A stretch of DNA of 64,000 bases from Balanoglossus misakiensis (GCA_040954595.2 CM082578.2:7611519-7675518), one strand, 5' to 3'. Positions 24,812 through 37,909 are shown, counted from the stretch's first letter. Translations and numbers: made by a program. Notes: generated from the letters alone by a model not told the origin.

Positions 24812-27800
24812 TCACGGCACCCCGTCGACCTCGCTAGTCCCGCTCGAGCTGTCTCCAATCGGCTCTCCCGTCACCCTCCTCCGGTGGAGGATGGCCCGGT
24901 CGTACGCCTGCTGCACCGACTTCCTGATGGACGACTTTCGGCCCTCCATCAGCTTCGCGTTGTCCAGTCCGGAGTCAACCCCAAGCGGTTCCAGTTTCAA
25001 CCGTGGAAGCCATTGCCTACGTGGGTAAAGAACATTGAAAAGTCTTGTGTTATTTAACAACTTTTAAGCTACAAAATTCACACAGATTGTACACGGGTGT
25101 TTGAAAGTGCTGAGGTTTGAAAACAAAGATCAAGGGTGCAGCAAGTGTCGCAGCAATGCTGCTGCATCTGAACACGACTGTATCAATGTTTTTGAAAGTT
25201 TGACATTTGCTTACTAATAGCTTCTGTAAAATTCAGAGACATCTAACTATAGATTTTCACTCTGATGGACAAGTATCATAATCTATACTAAAAATAAAAA
25301 TATTCTGATGGACTGAAGCAATCGGAGCAGGCTGGTCTTGTAAAACACAATATGCACCTTAGAATTTCTAAACTGCTAAAAATCGTACTTATTGATTCAT
25401 CCTCTTACCATGTTCTCTTGTTGTCAAAAAATAGCACCAAATATAAATGTTCATCTGAATGTTGTTTGTTACCAAGTACTTCAATTGGGGGTACGGGAAT
25501 GGGTACGTCGTTGTGGCAGAAACCAGTCCGAGGCATCTTGGGGTTAATAATCTTCAAAAAATCAAAATTGTCAGCCGTCAGTGTACCATCAGTGTTGCAC
25601 TTGTTGCGGCCGTACATCTGAAGACATAAGGCAATTCTTCAGACATGACATGAACATTTTGCACAGCTTTAAGCTCTTTGTCAAAATAAGCACACATCTC
25701 AATTCTGTACCACGGTGGCCAAGAATATTGGAGTTGTGCCATAAAATCTAGGAAAACACTGCGACTAGGGCATGGCTGACAAACGTTAGTTTGCAAAGAG
25801 AAATGCTTAACTACATCTACGCGGAACGAATTTCTAATGCTTGCGGCATTCCAATTTTTCCCCAGACTTGATTCGTTAGAGAAAGCATGACGGTCACAAC
25901 CAAGGGCAAGCACAAGAACTTCTGTCCATACAGAACTAGCAAAATTAAAAGCCCCATGAGCTGCCACTTTTGGGGGATTATTTTCGTGATTTCATTTTCC
26001 AACTTAGATTGGTCCACTTTAACAACTTATCATCCTCTGATTGTGGTTGTAACTTGTTCAAATATGCACAAATCATTTAAAGGTATACGGTCACCTCCAA
26101 TATACATACGCCCATATATGGCTGAAATAGCGTATTTGAGAGTTCTAAAGAACGTATGGTGGCGCTATTTTTTTCGCGTGTGCCACCCACTGAAAATCTG
26201 TGATTGGTTAGATCTCAATTTACCATGGTAACCTAGCTCAATTTGCATAGGTGACCGTATACCTTTAAGGAGTGCCACGCCCAATTCTTTGGCCTCCTGC
26301 AAGGGTGCACAATTATCATATTATGCGCACATGTATGTATAATCTTCATAAATTCAAAACGATGTTATCCGTCGGCTAAGGATAAGGACAAGATAGAATA
26401 ATTTTAAATTTTTAAGAATATGCTATAAGTGGCAGCTAATGGGGCTTAAATTGAACAGCAAACAAAACAGCAGCACATGCAATAATAAAATAATTCGAAA
26501 AAGAAGTATGTAACAGTATTTCTATTAGACCTTGATCGGCACAAATTTTAAACCCCACTTTCAATATTTAATTAACCTATAAGCTAATTCATCGAACAGA
26601 TAAAATTACTGTGTTTTGTGGAAAGGAACTCGCATCATAATTATCTTAAGTTTTAAGCTAACGCTAGCAAAGCATTAGATAAGGTGAACAAGTAGTGATC
26701 ATTTTAAAATTGTTGAAAAATTAATTTAAAGGATAAAAAAATATCCCCAAGAACTGTAATTTGAGAGTGATGATCCCAGTGAATAATTACCATTTTTCAT
26801 GCCAACGAAAAAAGCGTGGAATTTTTGTATTACTATTATTATTATTTAATTTTTTTGCATTTTACATGAGGCAAAAGTAGAATGGATAGCTGCTTACCAG
26901 TGCCGGATATGAGGGATAGCCTCTACACTTAGCCCACACAAGATCTAAAGGTTTCAAAGGGATGTCATCTTCATCGGAGGCCCAATTACTTGCACGTCTC
27001 TTGCTGAGTTCTGAGAAGGATAATGGAGAGATACCGAAGCTGATAATTAATTTTTTTTTCTTAAAGCAGTTTTTTTTTTGTTCCCCTTTCTGACTAAGAA
27101 AAGAAACCCTGAATCTCTTGTATTGCTAAAATAGGGGAGGATAGAGGATGAGGAGTTTTAGCAGAAAGCAGAGAGATGTAAGCAAGGTGTGATGAGATAG
27201 AGATAGAGAGAGATAAGTCCAGGTGGAGGGTAAGCATGGGAAGTTACTTATTACTACGATGATGATGAAAAAAATAATAATAATAACAAACGTGTTTTGG
27301 TTAATCAAAATAAAATGCGGCAGTGCAATAGAAACAGCTACGTCTCCTGAAGGCGATTTAAAAATATTTGAGAATGAAAAAAGGGGGGAAATATGCCTGC
27401 CCGGATCGCACAGAATGGGTCCTCACCTCGAAGTAAATTTGATCGGTTGGTCCCGTTAAGTTTGGTTCGATCGCCGTTGCTCTCCCCGCACGAGGAGTCA
27501 CCACCGCTGTCCTCGGTGAAGTTCACTTTCATTTTAGTCCTGGATTTTTTGCTGGACTTGTGATTGTCCCGGTCCTCCGAGCTGCTGGAGTTGCAGTCGG
27601 ACGACGAGGTGGTGGTGGTGCCGCTGCCGCTGCTGCTGGTGGTGCTGCTGTCCGAGTCGGAGCTGCTGCGTGGACGGTTGGGGTCGCTGCGGTAGACGGT
27701 GAAGCTCTCGCTCTGCGGCGGCTTGTTGGCGGCGTCGAAGCCGTTGGTCAGAGCGGTGGTGGCAGTGTTCGTGTGGTGGTGGTGGGCGGATGGGGCCAGG

Positions 27801-30800
27801 CGCCCCCGGCCGCTGGAGCTGTCGATGCTGCTGGTGCTAGTACTGCGCCCCCGTTTGCTGCGCTTCTGCGGCGGTGGCAAGTTCCCCTCGTACTCCGTCT
27901 CCACGTGCAGGCTACCGTCCTGCGTCGACCTGCTGGGAGACTTCCTTGGCAGTTCCGACGAGTCCGCGTGCATTTCCGGCCTCTGCTTCGGAGGCCGTCC
28001 CGGGGAGCGACCCGGTCTTTTTTGGTTCTCTTTCAAGTACGCAGGCTTCCGGCCGGCTTTTTTGTTAAACAGTACTGCTGTGCGCCGACCGACGCCCTGG
28101 GTCGGAGACGTGGAATGCGACTGTCCCGAGGCAGAATTCCCGGCTCCGGAATGGTCGCCGATGGGGCTCGTCTCCGGGATGGCTTCAACTTCAAATGCAT
28201 TTCCGCTGAGCCCCGTGATCATCGGCGTTTCCGAGTCAGACTTGAATCGCTTCGGTCGCCGCCCCCTGCCTCTCCCACGCCCTGGCGACAGAGACTGGCT
28301 CCTTTGTAAGGTCTTGGTTGCTTGGATGGCTGGCAGTTTCACTGGGCCTTTGGCCTTCTTCTTTGGGGCCGGCGGCTTGGCTTGGTTGGAATCACTGGAA
28401 TCTGAACCTGGAAAGACCAAATATACACACTTAGTCTTGGGTGTACCGTGTAAATGAGCAATATCAAATCAGTCCCCTTAAATGTCTAAACTACAACTGA
28501 TGCGAACTCTGACCACCTGTCCATATGTTATTGCTACACATGCTAACCTTAGGGGCAATCCTTGTTTGTAATATATTTGCTAAACTCACAGTGTAAGGCT
28601 TGATTTCTATTTATTTCCTTTTCCCTATCAAATTGTGTGCAGAGTAAAATTTGACAGGCACAACAATCCTCACTGACAGTCATTTGATTTGTGCATACCG
28701 ATACAACACATCCTTATTTGTATCTAACTCATGCCTGATAGTGACAATAACACAATGCAACACGCACATTCACTCACACCACAAGAACACTTACTTGAGC
28801 TTTCTTCAGAACTGCTACTCGTCGTGGCACTGGTGCTGCTGCTACTGCTACTACTTTTCCTCTTGTTCTGCTCGCTGTTCTTGTCCTTCTTGCCGCCGGC
28901 CTTGCCCTGTCGCTCCGCCTCCTTCTGCTCCTTCTGCTGGTTCAGCTTCCGCCGGATGACGTTGATCTCCTTTTTCAGCTGCTTGGCACGCTTGGACCGG
29001 GCACCTGCTTGGAATTGGGAACAGATCGCACGGACGGGTTACTGGCCGTTGTCTGTGAAAACTTGTAATCATCTGCTGTGCTGCAGGGCTAGCATGTGAT
29101 CAATGGTGAAGCCGGATATCGCATGCACTGAAACCGGGCTGAATAACACGCTGTATAACAAAGGGCACCAACCATGTTGTACTTACCTCCATGTTTGATG
29201 GAACAAGTCATGTCTAACTTCTCTAAAAGCTCCCTCAACTGATCTTCCAGGGACATGCCAGCACGATTTTCTGGATCCAAAATGTTGTCAACTGTAAAGA
29301 CAGTGAACAGAGTACAATCAGCATGTGTCGAATAGTTACAGAATCCCCCCTCCCCTCAATCGTACATTTCACAATGAAGTTTGTGCAAGTTCCCTCCATC
29401 ATAATTGGTAGGAGGTGGTAGAATCTGATCTTCTCGATTCAATTGGACTAGAATTCCTCGCATGCATATTTGAATATATACGGTATGTCAAATCACAGGC
29501 ACTATACCCCCCGAAAAGGCAATTTCAAAGTTACCTACCATCCTCCAAGGAAAACTCAGCCTCTGTAACTTTGGGTGCTTCGGCAAGATGCAAGCCCGTC
29601 TGGGGATCATAACCCGCCCTCTCCGCTTCTCTCTTGGCCTGCCTGATGACTGCACCTCCCTGTTATGTCAATCAAATTCATTGTGCATTTAGAAACTGAG
29701 CTAGTACTGGTAATTCTCCCGACCTTAAATAGGTTTCTCACATGGTCGACACAATTTCAAGATGGCCGATTTTTGTCATGTTTAAGGAATGCAATGTGAT
29801 TTGACCCCCTAGCGCAAAGTGAAAACCTATTTAAGGCAGCCAGAATTCATGTACCGGTATCAATCAACAACACAACGACAGAACGAAACAATGTATGAAA
29901 AGTCTTTAAACTGCGGCACCACCAAATTTGGGCATGAACTTACATAGTCTCGGAGCTTGATCGCAGCTCTGTAGAAGATGGTGTCCTTGGCATTGTACGT
30001 GAGGCAGTTGCTGATCATCAGGTCGAAATCTCGGCTGAACTCATCCAGGGTCTTGTAGAAGTGGCTCCCCAATCTGGCTCGGATTGTGGAGAAATCCATG
30101 GGCTCTGAAATCACGTCCAGGTAGTCAGGCACCTGAGTACATTGCAGAAAGGATTATTTTTTGGTAGGTAAATTCTCAGAGTTATGCTATAAATGTACAA
30201 TGTACCAGCACTTTCACAGTAATTTGATTAAAGTTTATCAGTGAACAAAAGTTGTAAACTGAATAAATGCTTGAAAGTTGACAAAATATGCTTTACAAAA
30301 ACAGGCATCTATGCTCATAATACATGCATTTTTTTCAAGTTTTAAAACCACGCAGTCTTGGTTTACACTGCAGGTTGTTAGTTGGTTGAAATAATCCTAT
30401 GGAGACTCAGTGCTATGGTGGGCATACCTCATCGAGCGAGACCGGCTCAGCAAAGATGTTGGAGGTGTCCCTCTCTTCAAGTTGGTCCAGGATGCGCTTC
30501 ACCAGGATGTTGAAGGGCTGCAGTTGCATTTCCACCGTCAGCTGATTCACTTTGATCTGAAGTGTTTCAGAGAGAGATGTTTCGTTTAATTAAAGATGAC
30601 AGTTCTCAAACACACACTCACATACATGTACATTTGTATACAGGTTGACACAAGTTTCATCTGAAGCACTGGTCACTGGGGGCGCCAGCACGCCCTCAAA
30701 TGAAGGACAACGGGCCTGAAACTGAGACCTCGTGTACTGAAGATGTCCAACAGTGGGTACTGCAAGCGCAACACACACCACCTGTTTTCTGACATCTGAT

Positions 30801-33800
30801 TGGTTAAATCGCTACCACAGGGGACATGTTGTTTGCACTGATACAACCAACAAGCCTATCACTGGTTAACATTTTCCACAAATGAAGAAATGTATACGTA
30901 ATTAAGTACATGTAGTTTGATTTGCAGTCACCCCCATGCCGAATTCACATCAAACACATATTGACCGGCCATATTTGGGTAACAGAAGAAAGTCTCTCAC
31001 CTGCTCCCGTTTGAGTTTTTCCCTCTTTCGTATCAGTTCTACCAAGAGCCTGGCTCGCTCCAGATCATGCCTCAACCTCTGCCAGTATTTCAGCTGTTCC
31101 TTAAGTGCATTGCTCTTTTCCATACTCTCTCTCTGAAAAACATAAAACCACAAGAGTTAGACACATGCATAACTGAGATGTATAAAAGTTTCCCCACGCT
31201 TGCAAATTACCGTAATGCCCAGCATCTGTATGCTAATGTGCTACATTTCAATCTATGTATCACTGCCTAAACGAACTGAGCCAAAACCCAACCTGTGGTA
31301 TCTCCACAAGCAAGGGAGATTATCACTATTAGGTGGGAAAGTATGTATATTGAAAAAAACTGAAACACCTTTCTTTCGGTGGTCATATTTTATTTCTTAT
31401 CAAATTTTCATACAGAGTGTTTTTACTGCTGTTATTTTGTTTGTTGATTTGTCACTATCTAAATCACCCAACCACTCTTTACCAGGGCTGATAATGAACT
31501 CCGTGGCTTTGATGAAATGTACATTCACCATTCTTGACTTTGGTACATGTAATTCCATACCAGCATTACCAGTGCATTGTTTATCTGGAATAAATGCGCA
31601 AACTACAACCACCATGCTAATTATCCACCAAGAGAAAGGGCCTGATCATCTTCCATTCAGCATTACCACAAGAACAGCTGTGGAGTTCCCTTAGCTTTCT
31701 CTCCATATGTTCACACACACACACATCTCCCTGGGAAAATTTCACCCAAATTCAAAGCAGTATCTATTTGACTGGTTTTACTGGCTACACCCGTCTTTCA
31801 ATGCTAATAATCCCCCTTTGTTTTGTTTTTAACTGGGCCATTGTTTTATCCCAGGTCTGTTTGCATCTACCACTATGTATAATGCAAATATCTCTGAGTT
31901 TGTGACTTCATCAACAATGTAACAAGTCAATTAGCATTCTTATAACCCATATGCGAGTGGTTGGAAGTCTCCCACCTACCTACAATGTAGTCAGTGGTGT
32001 GAAAAAAAATTCTACATTTATATCCTCAAGAACAAAATATAAATGTATAGTTCCCAACTGACCCGACTGTTATACTTTGCTGCTGGACTCTATCCAAAAA
32101 CCACACACCTGTGGATAAATTCTCTCAATGGACTTCCACTGAATTTATAACCCCCCACCCACAACCTGAGCGATGATTTAGTTTTGTAGTCAGCTGCTGC
32201 AGCTGTAATGGCACAAACCACCAAAGGAGGGCAATGACAAATGGCTGTGTGGGTGGGTGCAGACAGACAGTGACGAAATGGTTGTTCACGGAACAGCCCA
32301 TGGTGGGTAAACGCAAAAACTGACGTGGCATGCATGGTCACTCGAGATGAGTTTCAGCACAGCCAACAATCCCACATACAATAGTATTAGCTACACTACG
32401 ACCACTAATGACATGCAATTTCAAAAGACTTGTAACAGGTCACTAATTTTCAAAGTAACCAAATCTGTCGTGTAAACATTCCCACTGACTACATTAGATC
32501 CGCTGATTTGTAACCACTCTATGACTTCATGGTTTTGCATGTAGTGTTCTCTCAAGGAAATTACCACAGTGCAATGACTGATTTACATAACAATCAAGGT
32601 TTGTTATGTAAATGTCTTTCAATTTAATTTAAAGGTAGGGCCCATACTGCTTTTATTGCTATAGGGAAGCATTATTGGCATGCCTGACTAAAACATTTTA
32701 TATCACTGATAGCAATGAATGTAGCAGACAAAAGTCAACAACATTCAGATAGTCAATGCACATAAATTCTCATAAAGCCACAATAGCTTAGGGGCATATT
32801 ATTCTACAATTTAACAGGAAAAAAAGTTTTCAAACACAGAATTCTAGACTAGGCAGAAAACAAAAGGTTGGTGACATGCCATCCTATGAAGAGAACCCTT
32901 ACCACGGTATATCTCCTGTGTCCCCTCAATCTTTTGCCTGCCTTAGGCAAGTGCAAACAACAGAGCAAATATTTACCCAGCCACATTACCCACACAATCA
33001 AAAGGTGCTTACAGACAAACAGTCAACAGTAAAGTATGATTCTACCTGTTCTTTATTTCTCTGCGAGTGGTGGTGTGCTTGAAGCCTCCTCAACAGCGGA
33101 ACTCCATTACGTGACTGTCGTTTCAATGTCCAGTAGCCTTGCAATCGTTGGAAGAATAGATTTTTCTTTTGGATTTGGACTTTGCTGATTATCTTGCTGA
33201 TTCTACAGAAATCAAACACAAAAGGAGAAACAATTCACCTAAGAAATTAATTTCATAAAGAATATTTTTTAAATTGTTTTTAATATTCTTCATTGATAAC
33301 ATTATGCTTCCATCCCAGTTACTTGGTTGACACAAAACAATAACACTATCCAATATTCATGCGTCATACAAGTTGAATGACCTCAGTATGACCCTTGAGG
33401 TTTAAAAGTAGGTCACTGGGTCATACTGTCAATCGCCACCATGAAGACATAGAAATCTTTGTTATTGCTTTGTTGTCTTTTCTGTATCAGGATAACCCTT
33501 TTGTTTATTTTATGTGCAGTTGGGGACAGTGTCATTTGTTAAGTATGTATGAAAAGTGAAAGTGGAAATTGTCTTTTGTAAACAATACTGTTGCACTTGG
33601 CACACACACCCCTATGAAACCAGAAGTGAAATTAAATGGTCATAATTTGCAGAAAAAGACAGCAAATACCAAAATATAGCCCAATACAGCAGATACCGTG
33701 TAACTAGACATGGTATTTTGGATTTGACTGAAACTTACAGATTAGTCTTGTTTTCAAAGCTGTTGGTTATTTTGCTATAAAATAAAATATTATTTCAACA

Positions 33801-35383
33801 AATTTACCCCCTAAAAATTACCTGTGTGGTGGGATATGTGGTATTGATACTATTGGCATAGCTGATCGTTTCTCCGCTAGGATTTTCCTGGCTTTCCTCA
33901 TGTTCTTCCGCGACTCCGCCTTGGCCTTTTTGGCGAGCCAGGCCTTGCCTTTGCCTTTACCATCGTCTATTTCTCCTTTCTCCGAGAGTTTATCGCTGCC
34001 GGCAGCCGGGGTGTGGATGTCGCAGTACGCCGTCTTCCGCACGCTCACCGTGGTCCCGTTGGCCCCCGTCTCCCTGACCGGCTCCATTTTCATGTACAGT
34101 CCGGCCTGTTGGGCGCACGTCACGTGGAATGCGGTGTAACAGTTCGCCTTGTGGCACTGGATGCAGGCGCCGGTGCCGCGCTGCTTGCAGATGTAGCAGG
34201 TGAGCTTCCACCTGGCCGACGGGATGTGGTCGATGCTGTCGATGGGCTCCAGGAAAACGGTGTTCGCGAAGCACACCTCGGGGATCCAGAGCGCGCAGAC
34301 CACGTGCGCCCACCGACCGTCGTCCGTCTGCTTGAAAGCACCACCTTTGTTCAGGCACAGGGCGCAGTCCACGGCTCGGGACGGCGACTGGAGGCAGCGG
34401 CGGCAGAGCCACTGCCCCTCGGGGATATACGGCACACCGTAACACTCCTGGTGGACCGCCAAGTTGCACATGTCGCAGAAGAGGATGACGTTGCTGTTCT
34501 GGCACTCCCCGTCGCAGCATATACAACACACGGCGTCCTCGTCGATGAACTGGTTCGGATCGCCCCGGCCGGACGACTGACTGTCAAAGTACGACTCTTT
34601 CTCCAGCCTGTCCATCAGCGTCTCGAATATCTCCTGCGAGACCGGGTGATTGTTCTGCGTCTTGCGTTTGTCATTGAGCATTGTCAGCCATGCATAGTCC
34701 TCTTCGTCCATGTCGTACTCTATCTCATCGTCAAGTTCGTCGACCGACTTCTCAATGTACCTGTAGTAGGCAACAGGTCGTTTTGGTGCATCGGGCGGTT
34801 CAACATATTCGTCGAGAACACGGAATGATGCTTCTGGCAGTTTTGTTGAGCTTGTTCCAGCAGTGCTTGACTCTCGTCTAACTTTCACCGTTTCTTTACC
34901 TTTGCCCTTGGAATTGGGTTTTTCTTTCGCCTCCTCTTTAGCTTCAGGTTTAGCCTGTTCCATTTCATCTTCTGTCATCACTTCAATTGGATCGTGAATG
35001 TCTAGTCTGTGGGTCTGCCCCTCGATGTCCACCTCAACAAGCCTCTGTGCTTGCGCGTAAGTGAGAGCTTCCCTTGTTGGGGATCTTACAAATTCGACAG
35101 GTGAAGGTGATGGGGATCTCCTAACCGTCCTGTGGTGGTACCTGCCTTTCCGGTACGTCCCAGGCTTGGCCGAGTTGTTGTTCTTGGAGTTGTTGTGTGA
35201 ACCGTTATTGTTATTGCTTGGGTTACTGTGGTCGAAATTATACAAGTGATATTCCATGCCACTGTAGCTTTTGTACACGCGCCCGCAATCGTTCGCGGGG
35301 CATTCGTAGGGCGGTTTCGTTGCCCGCAAGTTTTGGCAAAATGTCTGCACGTCGAAGTCGAGTGCCATCTTCGGATCACTCAT
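24812..35383 (-). CDS. BRPF1: BRPF1/peregrin-family chromatin scaffold (N-terminal C2H2 finger, EPC-like, PHD-Zn knuckle-PHD, bromodomain, PWWP), ~1348 aa
   Basis: Coding exons in transcription order: 35383-33822, 33202-33046, 31132-31001, 30556-30428, 30132-29944, 29659-29539, 29291-29187, 29004-28795, 28407-27427, 27010-26898, 25551-25409, 25016-24812. All junctions are GT-AG and phase-consistent, total 4047 nt. Motifs: [42 protein letters not shown] (PHD1), [46 protein letters not shown] (bromodomain), [29 protein letters not shown] (PWWP). The N-terminal C2H2 ([27 protein letters not shown]) is BRPF1-like. This may be the single pro-ortholog of BRPF1/BRD1/BRPF3. Confidence 0.96.
26077..26268. 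mobile_element. MITE with TTAA TSD and perfect 16-bp TIRs (Kolobok-like), BRPF1 intron
   Basis: TTAA-AGGTATACGGTCACCT ... AGGTGACCGTATACCT-TTAA. A TTAA TSD with purine-purine termini is the Kolobok pattern. Confidence 0.85.
29712..29848. mobile_element. Small inverted-repeat element (MITE-like) in BRPF1 intron
   Basis: CCTTAAATAGGTTTCTCAC (29723-29741) is an inverted match, with one indel, to GTGAAAACCTATTTAAGG (29819-29836). The flanking aattct/agaatt extend it weakly. Confidence 0.6.
32063..32089 (-). CDS. Candidate 27-nt microexon of BRPF1 (SPAAKYNSR)
   Basis: Minus strand reads gtttttggatag|AGTCCAGCAGCAAAGTATAACAGTCGG|gtcagt. It is phase 0/0 and stop-free, but the pyrimidine tract is weak. 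Confidence 0.35.
32903..32941 (-). CDS. Candidate 39-nt cassette exon of BRPF1 ([13 protein letters not shown])
   Basis: Minus strand reads ttgctctgttgtttgcacttgcctaag|GCAGGCAAAAGATTGAGGGGACACAGGAGATATACCGTG|gtaagg. It is phase 0/0 like the flanking exons and has no stop codon. Confidence 0.5.
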
Positions 35384-36500
35384 GCGTCTGTTTGTTTACA
35401 ATCTCAAAGCAACAACATGGCGTCCACTTCCTGGTTTACGGCAGTGCCGGGGTCCCCGGTGCGCGCGAGCCTGCCGTGCGAGCTCAGCGTGCGCGGACGA
35501 GTTATCGGCACTCGCAGAACGCGGGCGGAATTAACGGCCGAGGTTTCGCTTGTCCGTTGCCCCTTTTCGTGGTACCAATGAGACTGTTTGCGTACTGCTC
35601 GCTAATTTATGCTAAACGTAGTGGAAGATGAATGGCTCGCGTTAGGCGAGACCAGACATGCACACATCGGCCGTACAATTTAAAACCGGTGACCTCACGA
35701 AAGGCGTCGGTTTTCATGGGTGAAAACGGAAAATTGTCAGAATATTTAGTTACTTTCACATGCCTCTTGAAAAAAAGACCAAGAATCTGGCAGTTCTGTT
35801 GAACACTAGGGAGTCACTCTACTGGCCTCAGCACACTCCGCGTATTTTTACAATGGACGCTTTGCTCGATTAATATTAAAAATCCAAGATGGCTGTGCAG
35901 GACTGATAGAAGTGGACGGGGCGCGAGAATCTGCTGTTTTTCGAGTGGGAACAGCAGCTCTGCGCTGAAAAATACCCTGGAAGAAGTGCGCAGATCTGTT
36001 TTTACCTCACCGCCTGGCGATTGGCACCAAACTCGCGGGAACAGGTGCTAAATCCGCATGCAAATAGCACGGAAGTGGGCAATCCCAACCGGTCGGACAG
36101 AGAGACAACAAGCCTTCCCACGATCGGCTGCAACAGCAGCAGTGAGTGAACAAAGACGCCGTTGAAACAATGGCTTCTAAACCTGCACTCGCTGCACGAC
36201 AGTCCGTTTCAAAGGTGTATTCCAGTCGGGTCGAGTGTCCAGATGGCAACCCAGCACCTTCGGTTGAGTGAGGTGCAAGCGGTAAATAAATCCAGTGGAA
36301 GTTTCGATGTCTCCGTTAAAATAATTGACTGCCGTACGCTGGCACGGTCTTCACGAGGATTCCTCGTGCCCCTGATTTTGGTGATCGTTGGATTTGAAAT
36401 CCCGTAGGCTAAGCCCCCTAGCTTGCGCAAATTTATTAGACGCGTTCTTCCTTGGATCAAAAGCGGCATCGTTGCGGTTAGATGTCCTTGACAGACTTTT
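35384..36500 (-). promoter_or_regulatory. CpG-rich BRPF1 5' region with probable non-coding first exon
   Basis: CpG density is locally high. Minus-strand donor GAG|gtaaaa at ~36005 and acceptor ttcatcttccactacgtttag at ~35612. ETS-like (acttcctg 35426, cggaagtg 36070), YY1-like (aacatggcg 35414, aagatggct 35886) and octamer (atgcaaat 36058) motifs. A 4-codon uORF (MLLL*) lies at 35418-35404. Confidence 0.55.
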
Positions 36501-37869
36501 GCGCTCCGACACTTAATTTTACCAGAGTAAACAGAGGCTGTATGGAAAATAACCTTATTTTCGGCAAAGGGGACGTAATGAAACAGGAGAACTTACAACC
36601 GATGCCACTATACGCAGCAATTGTTTCTAGTAAAAAGCTCGAAAGGGCTTTTGTAGAGTCAATGGGCCTTCTGCAATCAACGTCAATCGATTAAGATAAA
36701 AGGTGATAGTTTAGAGTCTATTAGGGCCTAAATGCCATTCCCGTAAAATATTATTTATCTTTAAATGCGAGATTTTCCCTACATTTGCTCATTTATCGCA
36801 TAATATAATTGAGATGATGTGATTCCATCTTATACTAGATTATGATTCTCACTCTCTTTGCCCATTGCCCACAACGAAAGGGTGGTGGCTATAAACACCC
36901 GTACCAGGAAACGTCCCAGGCTGTACGTGATGTCGCGTGTCGATATTACATTTATATAATTATAAAAATTAATAGGTCTATAGTGTCACAGATAGTAAGC
37001 AAACGATATAGCGCATATGGCACAGTCATATGCAGTGAACATTCTAATGTCAAGATACAATTGAGGGACTGTGTAAAAGGCCTAATGCGCAAAACGACAA
37101 CGCCTTTTTGACTTCGTATGGTTCGATTTTATAACAAGGCTCACTGCACTGTAACAGGGGAAGTTTAATCGGACTTTTTTGTTACATGTAAAGGGCCGGA
37201 AAGACTAGGAGAAAGGCAGGCGTTTACTGATGCCGTACATGCCCAGGCATGGCAGACCCGTTATAGTTGTTTTACAAGAATACATTTAACTTTGCACACA
37301 ATATGCATAGGCTATGTTTACTTCCTTCTATTTGTCGGAATACAAAACTTTGACTGATGCTACAAGTCCTAAATAAGAAGTCATGTGTAGGCTTGTGTGT
37401 GTATTTTCATATTTTATTTACAGCCTCTAATGTATTCTTAAGTTCCATGTTTCATTTCCAACAACCGCATGCAACGGCGATTAAATGGGCCTGATGTTCA
37501 TAAAAAATATTATTGGTACTAGACAGTTTCTTTGCCAGACTGTCAGTGTCATAGTACGCGCGGTCATTGACCTACACTCTCATTTTCAGTCTCTCCAGGT
37601 GGGCTATGGATCTCTCTTCTGCAAATACCAATAATACAAATACATAGACGGATTTTATTGACATCTGCTTGTGTTTGTTTTATTCATAATATTAAATAAG
37701 ACAGGAGTGACGTTGGGCGACCATAATAATAAGATGGGTGTGACGTTGGGCGATCTGTTTTTTTTTGTCACGATTGTAGGCCTAAGAATAGCGTTCTTTT
37801 ACAGTTATTTTAATACAACATCGACACACGTAACAACAAGCAATGACACATTGTTTTTACAGAATATTT

Positions 37870-37909
<40 letters not shown>

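Noticed and set aside
27560-28457. Long plus-strand ORFs (249 and 252 aa)
   Set aside because: Antisense shadows of the GC-rich BRPF1 exon 27427-28407.
33900-35631. Multiple overlapping ORFs, including 271 aa (+) and 179 aa (-)
   Set aside because: Alternative-frame and antisense shadows of the large BRPF1 exon, caused by high GC3.
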